Assembly: GCA_950097015.1 (NCBI GenBank)
Contig: CATNEN010000041.1
Span: forward strand, 2,542,001-2,606,000
Source of the DNA: Macrostomum hystrix
Taxonomy: Eukaryota; Animalia; Platyhelminthes
Direction: 5' to 3'
Length of the DNA: 64,000 bases
A program made the position numbers and the translations under genes. Of this stretch, positions 32,994-45,972 are shown piece after piece. The number at the start of each line of letters is the position of its first letter. Within the stretch, counting starts at the first letter, position 1. The notes under the pieces were generated by a model. It was not told the origin of the DNA, searched no databases, and worked only from the letters and a program-made list of their open reading frames with translations.

Positions 32994-33122
32994 ATGGCCT
33001 GGGTGAAGTGCTGCTGCGAGACGAAGTTCCAGATCTTCATCGCCATCATCACCTGCCTGGCCATGGCCATCACAATCTTCATCATCCTGGCCATGGGAGA
33101 CGTGTTTAAGTCCTGGTGGTAG
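32994..33122 (+). CDS. Putative 42-aa single-pass membrane microprotein (or terminal coding exon)
   Basis: MAWVKCCCETKFQIFIAIITCLAMAITIFIILAMGDVFKSWW*; nearly all codons end in G/C like the host genes; one clean hydrophobic helix. Confidence 0.55.
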   Translation: MAWVKCCCETKFQIFIAIITCLAMAITIFIILAMGDVFKSWW

Positions 33123-33284
33123 CGGCGCCTGCTCGGAGTCGCTGCAGCACCTGGTCACGTGATTAACTGGTTGCTGTTTGCTGGACATTTCGATGCGCAT
33201 GATCGGTTTGAGGAAGCAGCTGATGCGAGCAGGCTTTGGAACTGATCTTGAGAACACAATTGAAAATTCACATGGTTAGAGACG

Positions 33285-34500
33285 GTGAGAACTGCGTGAG
33301 AGACGGTGAGAACTGCGTGAGAGACGGTGAGAACTGCGTGAGAGATGGCTGAGAACTCGGTGAGAGACGGTTGACAGTTCTCACACAGTGAGAACTGTGT
33401 GAGAAACGGTCGAGAACTAGGTGGGAGATGGGAGAGGTGAGAACTAGGTGGGAGATGGGAGAGGTGAGAACTGCGTGAGAGACGGTGAGAACTGCGTGAG
33501 AGATGGCTGAGAACTCGGTGAGAGACGGTTGACAGTTCTCACACAGTGAGAACTGTGTGAGAAACGGTCGAGAACTAGGTGGGAGATGGGAGAGGTGAGA
33601 ACTAGGTGGGAGATGGGAGAGGTGAGAACTAGGTGGGAGATGCGAGAGGGTGAGAACTAGGTGGGAGATTGGAGAGGTGAGAACTAGGTGGGAGATGCGA
33701 GAGGGTGAGAACTAGGTGGGAGATGGGAGAGGTGAGAACTAGGTGGGAGATTGGAGAGGTGAGATCTAGGTAGGAGATGGGAGAGGTGAGAACTAAGTGG
33801 GAGATGGGAGAGTCAAGAACTAGGTGGGAGATGGGAGAGTTGAGAACTAGGTGGGAGATGGGAGAGTTGAGAACTAAGTGGGAGATGGGAGAGGTGAGAA
33901 CTAAGTGGGAGATGGGAGAGGTGAGAACTAGGTGGGAGATTGGAGAGGTGAGAACTAAGTGGGAGATGGGAGAGGTGAGATCTAGGTGGGAGATGGGAGA
34001 GTTGAGAACTAAGTGGGAGATGGGAGAGGTGAGATCTAGGTGGGAGATGGGAGAGTTGAGAACTAGGTAGGAGATGGGAGAGTTGAGAACTAAGTGGGAG
34101 ATGGGAGAGGTGAGAACTAGGTAGGAGATGGGAGAGTTGAGAACTAAGTGGGAGATGGGAGAGTTGAGATCTAGGTGGGAGATGGGAGAGTTGAGAACTA
34201 AGTGGGAGATGGGAGAGTTGAGATCTAGGTAGGAGATGGGAGAGGTGAGAACTAAGTGGGAGATGGGAGAGTTAAGAACTAGGTGGGAGATGGGAGAGTT
34301 GAGAACTAGGTGGGAGATGGGAGAGTTGAGAACTAAGTGGGAGATGGGAGAGTTAAGAACTAGGTGGGAGATGGGAGAGTTGAGAACTAGGTGGGAGATG
34401 GGAGAGTTGAGAACTAAGTGGGAGATGGGAGAGTCGAGATCTAGGTGGGAGATGGGAGAGGTGTGAACTAGGTGGGAGATGCGAGAGGTGAGAACTAGGT
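33285..34500. repeat. ~22-bp minisatellite (GAGAACTAGGTGGGAGATGGGA-like) with a duplicated left block
   Basis: Direct inspection. Confidence 0.95.
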
Positions 34501-34979
34501 AGTTAAGAAGTAGTTAAGAAGTGGTTGAGAACTCACAAATATTGGAAATGCAAGATTTGAGTCCTGCACAGCATCGCTGCTGCCTCATTCACCTCATGAA
34601 GTGCAAAGTACATTGTGAAGTAACTGAGCCGAGATCTCCACCGAATTCACTGTAAATCACAAGCACAGATTCTTTCGCATAGGTCCGGTCGTGTAATTTG
34701 ATGCATTGAAACTGTAAATAGCCGATACCTACCAAACAGGCACTCAGATAGCAACTGACTTGTATTTCAATTTCGCATGTGACCTGCTGCGTGTGTAGGA
34801 TGCGATGCGCAGCAACCAACCAACCAAGGCTCACATTGATTTGCAGCATAAAAGTACATCATGGACAAATTTTCTACACTCAGTGGGCAGGGTTGCCCTG
34901 TCTGAATCAATCCGCAGCGATTTCACCTTCTCGAGTCTCCTGTCCCATCTGCCTTTCAGTTCTGCCCTGTTACAATTTG

Positions 34980-35330
34980 TCTCTCTTTATCTCCCCTCCT
35001 GTCTCCCTCTCCCCTAATGCCCCCTCTCCCCTCCTGTCTCCCTCTCCCCTAATGCCCCCTCTCCCTCCTGTCTCCCTCTCCCCTCCTGTCTACCTCTCCC
35101 CTCCTGTCTACCTCTCCCCTCCTGTCTCCCTCTCCCCTAATGCCCCCTCTCCCTCCTGTCTACCTCTCCCCTCCTGTCTACCTCTCCCCTCCTGTCTACC
35201 TCTCCCCTCCTGTCTCCCTCTCCCCTAATGCCCCCTCTCCCTCCTGTCTACCTCTCCCCTCCTGTCTCCCTCTCCCCTAATGCCCCCTCTCCCCTCCTGT
35301 CTCCCTCTCCCCTAATGCCCCCTCTCCGCT
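34980..35330. repeat. C-rich ~18-bp repeat (CTCTCCCCTCCTGTCTAC variants)
   Basis: Direct inspection. Confidence 0.9.
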
Positions 35331-35804
35331 CCAGTCTCCCACTCGCCTCTTGCCCCCCTCTCTCCTCTTGCCACATCCCCTGCCTCGCTCTTTGTCTTGT
35401 CAGCCAGTCAGTCGGCGCTAAGCTCAGAGTTGCCATAAGCTCCAAATGGGAAATGCAGTCCCGCCCAATCGATAGGATTGAAAGCGAGAGATGAGGCAGT
35501 GTCCGGGATGCTCCCCAACTCGAGAATTCACTGAGAAATCCCAGAAATTCTTATTTCCCCAATAGCTGTCCACACCTACATGGCCGAGACGCAGACGCCG
35601 ATTCTAAATATGGATTTCCGATTTCCACAAGCAGCATACCCCAGACTCCCACGAGGATGCTCACTGCCGCATCCTTTAGATAGTCCAGCACAGCTGGGCG
35701 GATGCGCTGCGGCGGGGACACCGCGGCTTGCCATGGGAACCCCAGCTGGAATGCAGTCCGCCGAGTGCGACTCAAAGCTGTGAGAGTGTAAGGCGAGGGG
35801 GAGG

Positions 35805-36845
35805 TTCAATGAGATGGGTAAGACAGAGTGTGAGATGGGTGAGACAGAATGTGAGATGGGGGAGACAGAATGTGAGATAGGTGAGACAGAATGTGAGATG
35901 GGGGAGACAGAATGTGAGATAGGTGAGACAGAATGTGAGATGGGGGAGACAGAATGTGAGATGGGGGAGACAGAATTTGAGATGGGTGAGACAGAATGTG
36001 AGATAGGTGAGACAGAATGTGAGATAAGGGAGACAGAATGTGAGAGAGGTGAGACAGAATGTGAGAAGGGTGAGACAGAATGTGAGATGGGTGAGACAGA
36101 ATGTGAGAGAGGTGAGACAATGTGAGACAGATAAGAAAGAATGTGGGATAGGTGAGAAAGAATGTGAGATAGGTGAGACAGAATGTGAGTGAGATGGGTG
36201 AGACAGAGTGTAAGATAGGTGAGACAGAATGTGAGATAGGTGAGACAGAATGTGAGATGGGTGAGACAGAATGTGAGATAGGTGAGACAGAATGTGAGAT
36301 GGGTGAGACAGAATGTGAGATAGGTGAGACAGAATGTGAGATGGGTGAGACAGAATGTGAGATAGGTGAGACAGAATGTGAGATAGGTGAGACAGAATTT
36401 GAGATAGGTGAGACAGAATGTGAGATGGGTGAGACAGAATGTGAGAGAGGTGAGACAGAATGTGAGAGAGGTGAGACAATGTGAGACAGATAAGGAAGAA
36501 TGTGGGATAGGTGAGAAAGAGTGTGAGATAGGTGAGACAGAATGTGGGATAGGTGAAACAGAATGTGGGATAGGTGAGACAGAATGTGAGATGGGTAAGA
36601 CAGAGTGTGAGATGGGTGAGACAGAATGTGAGATGGGGGAGACAGAATGTGAGATAGGTGAGACAGAATGTGAGATGGGGGAGACAGAATGTGAGATGGG
36701 GGAGACAGAATTTGAGATGGGTGAGACAGAATGTGAGATAGGTGAGACAGAATGTGAGATGGGTCAGACAGAATGTGGGATAGGGGAGACAGAATGTGAG
36801 ATATGCGAGACAGAATATGAGATAGGTGAGAGAGAATGTGGGATA
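35805..36845. repeat. 21-bp minisatellite (GAGACAGAATGTGAGATGGGT)
   Basis: About 48 copies. Confidence 0.95.
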
Positions 36846-37221
36846 GACGAGTGCTACAGGCCGAGAAAGCAGAATTGGGGGCTGTGAAGCTGGGCGCACA
36901 CGGGAGCAATGAGATGAGAGCCGTGAGCAGTCAGCGAGAACCGTGAGCAGTCAGTGCAAAAGAAGCTTAGCAGCCCCCCAAATCCGACAGGCAGGCAGAG
37001 CTGCTCAGCATCGCCTTTCAGTCGCTGATGAGGCCGCAGCTCGCTCTTATCGGGCACTGGCAGGGCCTTGCCTAGCAGCCAGCAGCGACCCGCCCAGATT
37101 TAATCCCAGATTTCACGCTCAAGCAGCCAGGGCTGGCCCGAGCATCTCACAAGAAAATGATGGCAGTTTATAGAAAATACAATGCTCAGCCATTAGATAG
37201 AAGCAGTGCGGTGAAGTACTA

Positions 37222-38250
37222 CTCCATCCTCTGCCCACCCCACAGCTCCACTTCTCCATCCTCTGCCCACCCCACAGCTCCACTTCTCCATCCTCTGCCC
37301 ACCCCACAGCTCCACTTCTCCATCCTCTGCCCACCCCACAGCTCCACTACTCCATCCTCTGCCCACCCCACAGCTCCACTTCTCCATCCTCTGTCCACCC
37401 CACAGCTCCACTTCTCCATCCTCTGTCCACCCCACAGCCCCACTTCTCCATCCTCTGTCCACCCCACAGCTCCACTTCTCCATCCTCTGCCCACCCCACA
37501 GCTCCACTTCTCCATCCTCTGCCCACCCCACAGCTCCACTTCTCCATCCTCTGTCCACCCCACAGCTCCACTTCTCCATCCTCTGTCCACCCCACAGCTC
37601 CACTTCTCCATCCTCTGTCCACCCCACAGCTCCACTTCTCCATCCTCTGTCCACCCCACAGCTCCACTTCTCCATCCTCTGTCCACCCCACAGCTCCACT
37701 TCTCCATCCTCTGTCCACCCCACAGCTCCACTTCTCCATCCTCTGTCCACCCCACAGCTCCACTTCTCCATCCTCTGTCCACCCCACAGCTCCACTTCTC
37801 CATCCTCTGTCCACCCCACAGCTCCACTTCTCCATCCTCTGTCCACCCCACAGCTCCACTTCTCCATCCTCTGCCCACCCCACAGCTCCACTTCTCCATC
37901 CTCTGCCCACCCCACAGCTCCACTTCTCCATCCTCTGCCCACCCCACAGCTCCACTTCTCCATCCTCTGCCCACCCCACAGCTCCACTTCTCCATCCTCT
38001 GCCCACCCCACAGCTCCACTTCTCCATCCTCTGCCCACCCCACAGCTCCACTTCTCCATCCTCTGCCCACCCCACAGCTCCACTTCTCCATCCTCTGCCC
38101 ACCCCACAGCTCCACTTCTCCATCCTCTGCCCACCCCACAGCTCCACTTCTCCATCCTCTGCCCACCCCACAGCTGCACTTCTCCATCCTGTGCCCACCC
38201 CACAGCTCCACTTCACCATCCTGTGCCCACCCCACAGCTCCACTTCTCCA
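37222..38250. repeat. 32-bp minisatellite (CCACTTCTCCATCCTCTGCCCACCCCACAGCT)
   Basis: About 32 highly similar copies. Confidence 0.97.
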
Positions 38251-38666
38251 TCCTCGCCAGCCGTGCCAGTGGTGAAAGAAAAGCCAGGTTTACAGTTGTT
38301 TTGCTAAATGATTAATGAATGAATTCGCTCGTATATAAAATTATGTTGCTTTGAGGGCAAGGGAGTGTTTGCACTATTTGAATTTACCTGTATTTTGAGT
38401 TAAGCGGCAGCATCATCGTGTTAGTTCTTATCAGTTTATAAAATGCCAGCTTGAGACTAACAGGTATTCAGTCACCGATTTAATAATGGAACTCTGCGGC
38501 ACAGACAGCAACACACGTGGCCGCATATTACACAACTGCTCGTATATTGAAATAAACTGGCCAATCAGTCGGACACAAAATCGAGACTTTCATTTTGTTT
38601 ACGGCTGAAAGTTGCTCAAATTCGAATGAAATCATTTCCGCTTTCCTGCGTTTCAACAGAAAGCGA

Positions 38667-38832
38667 CACAGGTGTCTGGCAAGCTGCACAGGTGTCTGGC
38701 AAGCTGCACAGGTGTCTGGCAAGCTGCACAGGTGTCTGGCAAGCTGCACAGGTGTCTGACAAGCTGCGCAGGTGTCTGGCAAGCTGCACAGGTGTCTGGC
38801 AAGCTGCACAGGTTTCTGGCAAGCTGCACAGG
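38667..38832. repeat. 20-bp repeat (AAGCTGCACAGGTGTCTGGC) x8
   Basis: Direct inspection. Confidence 0.95.
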
Positions 38833-39534
38833 CACTTGGCTTATCCATGACAAATCTGTGGCCTGCTCTGAACCTACATTTAGCCATAGACCGCAGAAAG
38901 CAAGGGAAATGAAAGCGCACACGAGCATGCCAAAGGACGTGTATAAAAAAAGCAACAAAATTACATCCATATCATCAAATGAGTCACATCAGCTGTTGAA
39001 CACTTCGCGGTGTAACAAATCTACAGGTCGGGAGCAGCAACTGCTACTAAATCTAATCTGCGTTCACGGGAATACTGGCACAATAGTGCAAAATAGGCTG
39101 CAGTAGCTACTGTACACAAAATATGACCTTGCAGAACTCTGTGAGCATGAGAACAGCAATGAGCTACAGTGAGGCATAGAGCTACACTAGAACAACACAA
39201 AGCCGATACAGGTTGTGTATCGGCTGAACACTGAACACGCAGATGCAATCAAATGAAATATAAAACATGCAGCATTAATAGCAAGCAAAGCCTAACCGGG
39301 AATCAGATTCCTGCGCCTTGGGCGACTGCAGCGATAATATTTTATAGTTGCATCGAATCCGGCCAGCCCATATCAGCTGCTGTTCGCCTGATCACCGCTG
39401 CGCTTCGCCTCCGAGGCCAGGCTGACCACCTGCGAGTGAGATTCAAAATATGGCTTTTTGAGATTTTCTGAGCACCGTTGGGGCACTCATTCAACAGTTT
39501 GAGAACGGCATCAGCACTGATTAAAACACGGCTT

Positions 39535-39662
39535 GAACATTGCTTGAGCACGATTTGAGCACTGCTTGAGCACGATTTGAGCACAGCTTGAGCACTGGTT
39601 GAGCACGATTTGAGCACTGCCTGAGCACGATTTGAGCACTGCTTGAGCACGATTCGAGCACT
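39535..39662. repeat. 11/22-bp repeat (GAGCACGATTT/GAGCACTGCTT)
   Basis: Direct inspection. Confidence 0.85.
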
Positions 39663-40399
39663 GTTTAAATGCGGATATCTCTGGGAGCATTCCAGTGTCT
39701 AGGCATGGGATCAGGGTCACCGATTCTGATGGCCCAATTTAGCTAGCCGGGTGGCACGAAGGATCTCGTGGAGAAATCACCGCGGAGCTGGTACTAGCGC
39801 TAACGCACTTAGGGGATAAGTAGGGAATCCAGCCTTGTGGATAAGTAGGCAGCTCAGAGCTCTACCTTGGCAGGGCCGCCGGCTCACTGGGGGATCAGGA
39901 ACTGGGGAGTAGGAAAAAGAGCCGAGGCTGGGGGCAGGACAAAAAAGGCCAGGGAAGAAGAATTGGCTGATCTGTATCTCCCCGCCCGGCCCGGGCCGCA
40001 ATCAATGAGCCCAGGCCCAAGCCGGGGCCTAATTAACTGCTAAGGCAGAGGGGACGGCAGTGCGGCGATGAAATCAGGCGGAAGCGGCGAGGCCCCGGCC
40101 GGGCAGCTCGTCGAATGTCGGCGAGGAGGGCGAGGAGGAGGGAGCTGGCAAAGGAGGGCAGCGCGAAGGGAAATTAGTTTCGTTTGGCGTTTGGCATGGG
40201 CGGCCTCGGAGAGCTGCGGGCACCGGTGCAGCTGAGTCCAAGTGAAGACTGCTGGCTGCGGCCAGAGTCTTACGCTTGTGTTGGCAGATAATTTCAGGTG
40301 AGACACAGGTAAATGGATACATAATCTGAGGACCCATGCACATGCGAACAGAAGACTTGAATATATGCACAGTGAGGCTAACTCTGCAGGCATCACAAT

Positions 40400-40875
40400 T
40401 CACATGAAATCCCAAAAGATCCCAATACATGAAATCCCAATAGATCCCAATACATGAAATCCCAATAGAACCCAATACATGAAATCCCAATACATGAAAT
40501 CTTAATAGATCCCAATACATAAAATCCCAATAGATCCCAATAGAATCCAATACATGAAATCCCAATAGAACCCAATACATAAAATCCCAATAGATCCCAA
40601 TACATAAAATCCCAATAGAAATCCTAATAGATCCCAATTCATGAAATCCCAAAAGATCCCAATACATGAATTCCCAATAGATCCCAATTCATGAAATCCC
40701 AAAAGATCCCAATACATGAATTCCCAATAGATCCCAATACACGGACTTCCAATAGATCCCAGTACATGAAATCCCAAAAGATCCCAATACATCCCAATAC
40801 ATAAAATCCAAAAATATCCCAGTACGTAAAATCCCAATACATGAATCCCAATACATGAAATCCATATAGATCCCA
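40400..40875. repeat. Degenerate repeat (CCCAATACATGAAAT/CCCAATAGAT)
   Basis: Direct inspection; abuts the 3' end of the SUCLA2-like exon. Confidence 0.9.
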
Positions 40876-40879
40876 ACAG

Positions 40880-43268
40880 GACCAACCAGCTTGGCAGCCT
40901 CGTCCAGGCACTCGCAGACACTGACAGAGGGGCCGGCCTCCCTAGCCAGCAGCTCCCGAGCCTCGCGCCCGCGGTTGCCCTGCAGGCGGACCACCACGGG
41001 CAGGCCGGGGCGCAGGCTGCGCATCGCAGTCAGGAGGCCCTCGGCGACAATATCGCAGCGAACGATGCCGCCGAAGATGTTGATAAGGGCGGCGGTGACC
41101 CTGCCGTCGCTGCCGATGATGTCCATGGCCTGGGCGACCTGCTTGGCGGTGACGGTGCCGCCGACGTCTAGAAAGTTGGCGGGCTGGCCACCGTGCAGCT
41201 GCACAATGTCCATTGTGGCCATAGCCAGGCCTGCGCCGTTCACCAGACAGCCGATGTCGCCCTCCATGCCGACGTACTTCAAGCCGCAGCTGGCGGCTGT
41301 GGCGTCTCGCGGGTCCTCCTGAGCCCAGTCGCGGGCGCTGAAGAGTTCCGGCTGGCGGAAGTGGGCGTTGGAATCCACGTTCAGCTTGCAGTCCAGGCAT
41401 AGAACTGGAAGAGTGGGGTGGTGCATTGCATTCATTTATAAACTTTATTGCAAATATCTTATTGCGATTGCAAAAAATGCACCAGATGCTCTAATACACG
41501 CATCCACTCCTACTCAAAGTAGTAAAGTTCAAGTGCGAAGGCTGTTACCTTAGAAGGAATAATAGCAAGTGCGAAATTTAGTCGAAAAGAAAACTATACA
41601 GTGCTAAAACTGCAACTAAATCAGCCCAACCCTGCTTCAAGCTCGCCTCATCATTTTCGCCGCCTCTCAAACGCCACTCCATCCGCCACCTACTCACCCG
41701 GCCCCACCATCCACCCCCAGACTCACCCTAACCAACTATATACTCCCTAGGACTCACCCCGCCCCTTCATCCGCCCCCAGACTCACCCTCCCACCCGCCC
41801 CTACTGACCCGGCACTCCATCCGCCAATACTCACCACGGCACTCAATCAGCACCTACTCACCCCGGCACTCAATCAGCACCTACTCACCACGGCACTCAA
41901 TCAGCACCTACTCAGCCCGGCACTCAATCAGCACCTACTCACCACGGCACTCAATCAGCACCTACTCAGCCCGGTACTCAATCAGCACCTACTCACCACG
42001 GCACTCAATCAGCACCTACTCACCCCGGCACTCAATCAGCACCTACTCACCCCGGCCATGCGCGTCCACCGCAGCCGGGTTGACCTCCAGCAGGGTGGCA
42101 TCAGAATTCCTGAACATGCCGCAGAGCCGCTGCGCGAATTCCGCAGCCGCTTCCGCCTCTCGCCCGGACAGGCCCAGCAGCCGCTCGGCCACCTCGGCAG
42201 CAGCGGAGCCGGTCAGGGCAGCCTCGGGGCAGAGCGGCTTGGCGACTACGCTTGAAGCTGCCTCCTCGATGCCGATACCGCCGAGCCGAGCGGCCATGAG
42301 GATCGGACCGCCGGCGCCGCCGACGTCCATGGCGACGGCCAGGTAGAACTCGCGCACCGGCTTGGCGGGCTCGCACACCAGCAGGCGGTGGCAGGGCCGG
42401 CCCTCGGGCCCAGTTTGCCGGGTGCGCAGCCGATGGCCCAGCATGCCGGCGGCCAGACGGCGGGCCTCGTCGGCGTCGGTGGCCAGGCGGACGCCGCCGC
42501 CGGACAGGCCGCTGCTCCACTGGCCGCGTGACCGGCCACCTGCAAGCACCTGCGCCTTCAGCATCACCTGTGGCTGGCCGGTGCGGCGCTCTGCAATTCG
42601 ACATCAGAGTGACATTGCGCTTTACAGAGTGAAAAATTTATTAGCCCCGGATTGCACTCTCAATTCACAGGGCGTGGCCGCACACAAGCAGGAACGAATG
42701 AAGGCCGTTATGTAAAACGCCTCGAAAAACTGGCACCACTTTGGACTCGCTTACCGCCAAGCAAGGGCGCAGTGGACTTCCTGCGCTTTTTTAAAGTCAA
42801 CAAACCGCTAGTTTACGATACGATAAGATTCAGCTGTTTGAGATAAAACTTTCTGCCGGATGGCCGGGCAGGCTAGCAGAGCATTTTGCTGCAGACTGAA
42901 AAGACAGCAAAGCGACATTGCGCTCCTAGAATAGTGAGATTGCGATCCGGAGTGACATTGTGGATCAGAGTGACATTGTGGATCAGAGCAACATCGTGGA
43001 TCAGTGTGACATCAGAGTGACATGTCTGAAATTGTGGATCATAGTGACATTTTAGTGACATTGTGGATCACAGTGACATTTCGGATCAGAGTGGCATATA
43101 CTCTAACCAGCAGCGGAAGCTCTCACCAAACTGTCTGGCAAATTCGTAGACCTCGTCAGCTGAGCTGGCCAGCTCAAAATCTGGTACCAGGATGCCGTTT
43201 TTCCTCAACAGGGACATGGCCGTGTGCTCGTGAACATTGAACCGGCGCTTCTGGTGTCGCATTGCAGT
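40880..43268 (-). CDS. SUCLA2: Succinyl-CoA ligase beta subunit, ADP-forming-like, divergent
   Basis: Exons 43268-43127, 42590-42051 and 41404-~40880 splice in frame with GT-AG. Motifs NVHEH, KAQVLAGGR, TRQTG, LEVNP, DSN, DWAQEDPRD, GCLVNGAGLAMATMD, PANFLDVGG, NIFGGIVRCD, VVRLQG, LDEAA. DSN/QED favours SUCLA2 over SUCLG2. First and last exons not resolved. Confidence 0.9.
41690..42050. repeat. ~28-bp intronic repeat that reiterates the exon-2 splice donor
   Basis: Minus-strand unit (C/T)CGG(G/T)GGTGAGTAGGTGCTGATTGAGTG, degenerating away from the exon. Confidence 0.9.
42950..43092. repeat. 18-bp degenerate intronic repeat (GTGACATTGTGGATCAGA)
   Basis: Direct inspection. Confidence 0.8.
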
Positions 43269-43727
43269 CTGAAAGTACAAGTGGGTCAGAGTGTCAGCTA
43301 GCTTATGTGAGCAGCAATTGATTCGCGCTGGAATGATCGCCAGGTACACAGAACAGAGAATGAGAAAGTCTTGACATCCTGACAACTGAGGGACAGACCT
43401 GAGGTTTTTGGGACACAAAATGAGGAAATTTGGACTGGCTAGCCAGGAATAGGATATCTTGATTTATGAGCTCCTAATTTATGACTTTCAACCAAGCAGC
43501 TTAGTTCAAGCCTTAGCTAGCAAACAAACAGAACAGAAACATCAGCAGGCCCTATTAAGCATAACTAGGATGGTCTACATGTAAAGTTTTCTTACAGAAT
43601 GTGACTAATATCAATCACTATTAACACTAGCTAGAACAGCAACTTAATATTCCATAACAAAATGAGAACCAATTTGAAGCAGTAAAATATACTTTTCTAT
43701 TCTAAGTAGGCATAATGCCTAAACACA

Positions 43728-44098
43728 GGGGGTCAGTGGCAGGGCAGTTAACATGTTTGCCCTCTGGCACCATGGTCCCTGAGTTCGATTCCATGGCAAG
43801 GCCACATTCATTTGGGGAGCAGCTGCGGAGAGAAGGCTTGGGAGCTTGTCATGAAAATTTATGCCCTTGAGGGCCAACCTCCAAGGCACAGTGAAATATA
43901 CACTGCCTGATGATTAAAAAGTCAGGGCAGATGTACACACCTACATGAGTGTGTGCCTGCATAGGCCTACAGTATCTGTGTATGTGCTCAGGAGTCAGCA
44001 AAATGGGCAGAATTGCCTCCTTGCTAGCTGTGGGTCTAGTTTCACTAAATGATATGCCTTTGCTCACAGCCCTCCTGCAATTATTATTATTATTATTA
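43728..44098 (+). mobile_element. tRNA-derived SINE (family 1), (TTA)n tail
   Basis: A-box-like TGGCAGGGCAG, B box GAGTTCGATTCC at 43781; body shared with 45973-46135 and 63583-63870. Confidence 0.8.
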
Positions 44099-45972
44099 GG
44101 ACTTAACACATAGCTCAAAAATGTAATTGATAGATAAAGAAAAGATTTAAGAGAAAAAATTAAGTGGAATATAATAAAACATAATTTTATACCTATGATA
44201 GATTCTGAAACTTATCTATCTATACTTAGTCTATAATTACTAAGGAAAATATACTAGGCCTACTAAAATATTTTAAATATGAATTATAGGCCTAGAAATA
44301 AGTAAACTTTCTAAAATAAATCATTTAGCATTTAGGAGCCTACAAGTAGGGCCTAGTCAATATCCCTAGCTTTATTAACTTTTATCTAGTGAAAAAAACT
44401 AAGTATTTGAAATTTTTTTTCCATATTTGTCTTTATTTATATTCAATATCCTTGCAATTAATATGCCTATTCAACAGCAAGGCCTAACTTATTTAGTTAT
44501 AAGCTAAGCAAACATAATTAAGATAGCTAGACATACCTTCAGAAAACTAGCCTATAATGGTAGATAGCAGAAGGCTATAGAGCAGTCATAAGACCTACAT
44601 TTGTGAATAATTGCAAGAAGAATAAACCACTACACTATAATTTTTAAAGGGAATAAAAAGCAAGCTAATATAATTGGTTGTTAATAAGTTTCATTACTTA
44701 CTGAAGATCCCACCGAAAGCAGCTGTCGACCACATTGGTACAACATCCGTGCATACATCTCTTATTTATGATGAGTATTTTCCCTTGGTCTTACTATAAT
44801 TATGATTTGATTAACACATTAATCTGATTGAGTTTGACCTTCCACTTAGACTTATAATAAGCTACTCAAGCTAACCATAGTGAATTGCTGGGTGAGAGAA
44901 ATAAATCAATGTCAATGGACCATTTCAGAATTATAAAAAGTCCAAATTGTTATATTTATTAGTTTATTAATCAATAATAAATATGGACCAGGTAATAAGG
45001 CAAACTTAAAGTTTTCTGAATGACAGGTAAATATCGCACTCAGTAAAGTACTACAGAGTTAAGTACAATATATAAAAACGAGATCGTTACAATAAAAACC
45101 GGGTTCAAATGAATGTTATTCTTGTAACCTACTTATTCGAATTCGTGGCATGGCTTGGTGCCGCATGGGCCTTTTTATAGTATAACAAACGCAAAAATAA
45201 AAAAAGTAAAAAAATTGAAACAAGTACATAGGATAACTCTAATTACCGCAGTATCTGTTTACTCTAAGATAAGGAATAATCTTACAGTGGGGCCAAGGAA
45301 TGCGTTTTGGGGATAAGTGTTGTAAATATTTAAAGCAAAAATATATATAAAACGCAACTCTGTTATGCCTAAACTAAACCTTTTGGTTCTCGACTACAAA
45401 CACAGCCTTTGAGTTTGCGCCTTGTGCCCAGACAGCAGAAAGCATGCACAGCAGTATATACAGTATGTATACAGTTGCTGCATAATTGACTATAGTTTAC
45501 GAAGTGACCAGCACCCAATCTTACACTACGTATTGCAGGCCACAATTACAACGCAGCGTTTATCACATGGAAACGATTTTTTCCATCGAATCAAGGCCCA
45601 GTGGACAATCACGAAACCACAAGCTAAAGTTTTTGTTGCACATGAGGAAACTGGAGGAGAAAAGCTCGTCACTAATTAGACACAGAAAATTCCCATCGAT
45701 TCTCTACGGAAGACTAATTGCGAAGTTCGTAGTAGTAGTAGTAGTATTAGTAGTAGTAGTTAGTAGTTATATTAGTCGTCCTTGGCACACAATATTCAGA
45801 CGAAATTGTCATGTTCAGAGTTATTACTAACATACGTCGTTATAGTTTTTCTATTAATCCCCCTTTATATTGAATTAACAACATTGAAAAGTCGCCACCT
45901 TTGCATGTGAGAATCAAGCATCACAACTTACGCTAACTTTAAACGGTGTAATAAGTTAGGCGATGAGAAAGT

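Noticed and set aside
36855-37040. Possible hammerhead (CTGATGAGGCC with upstream GGCCGAGAAA)
   Set aside because: The core has extra bases and stem I cannot form.
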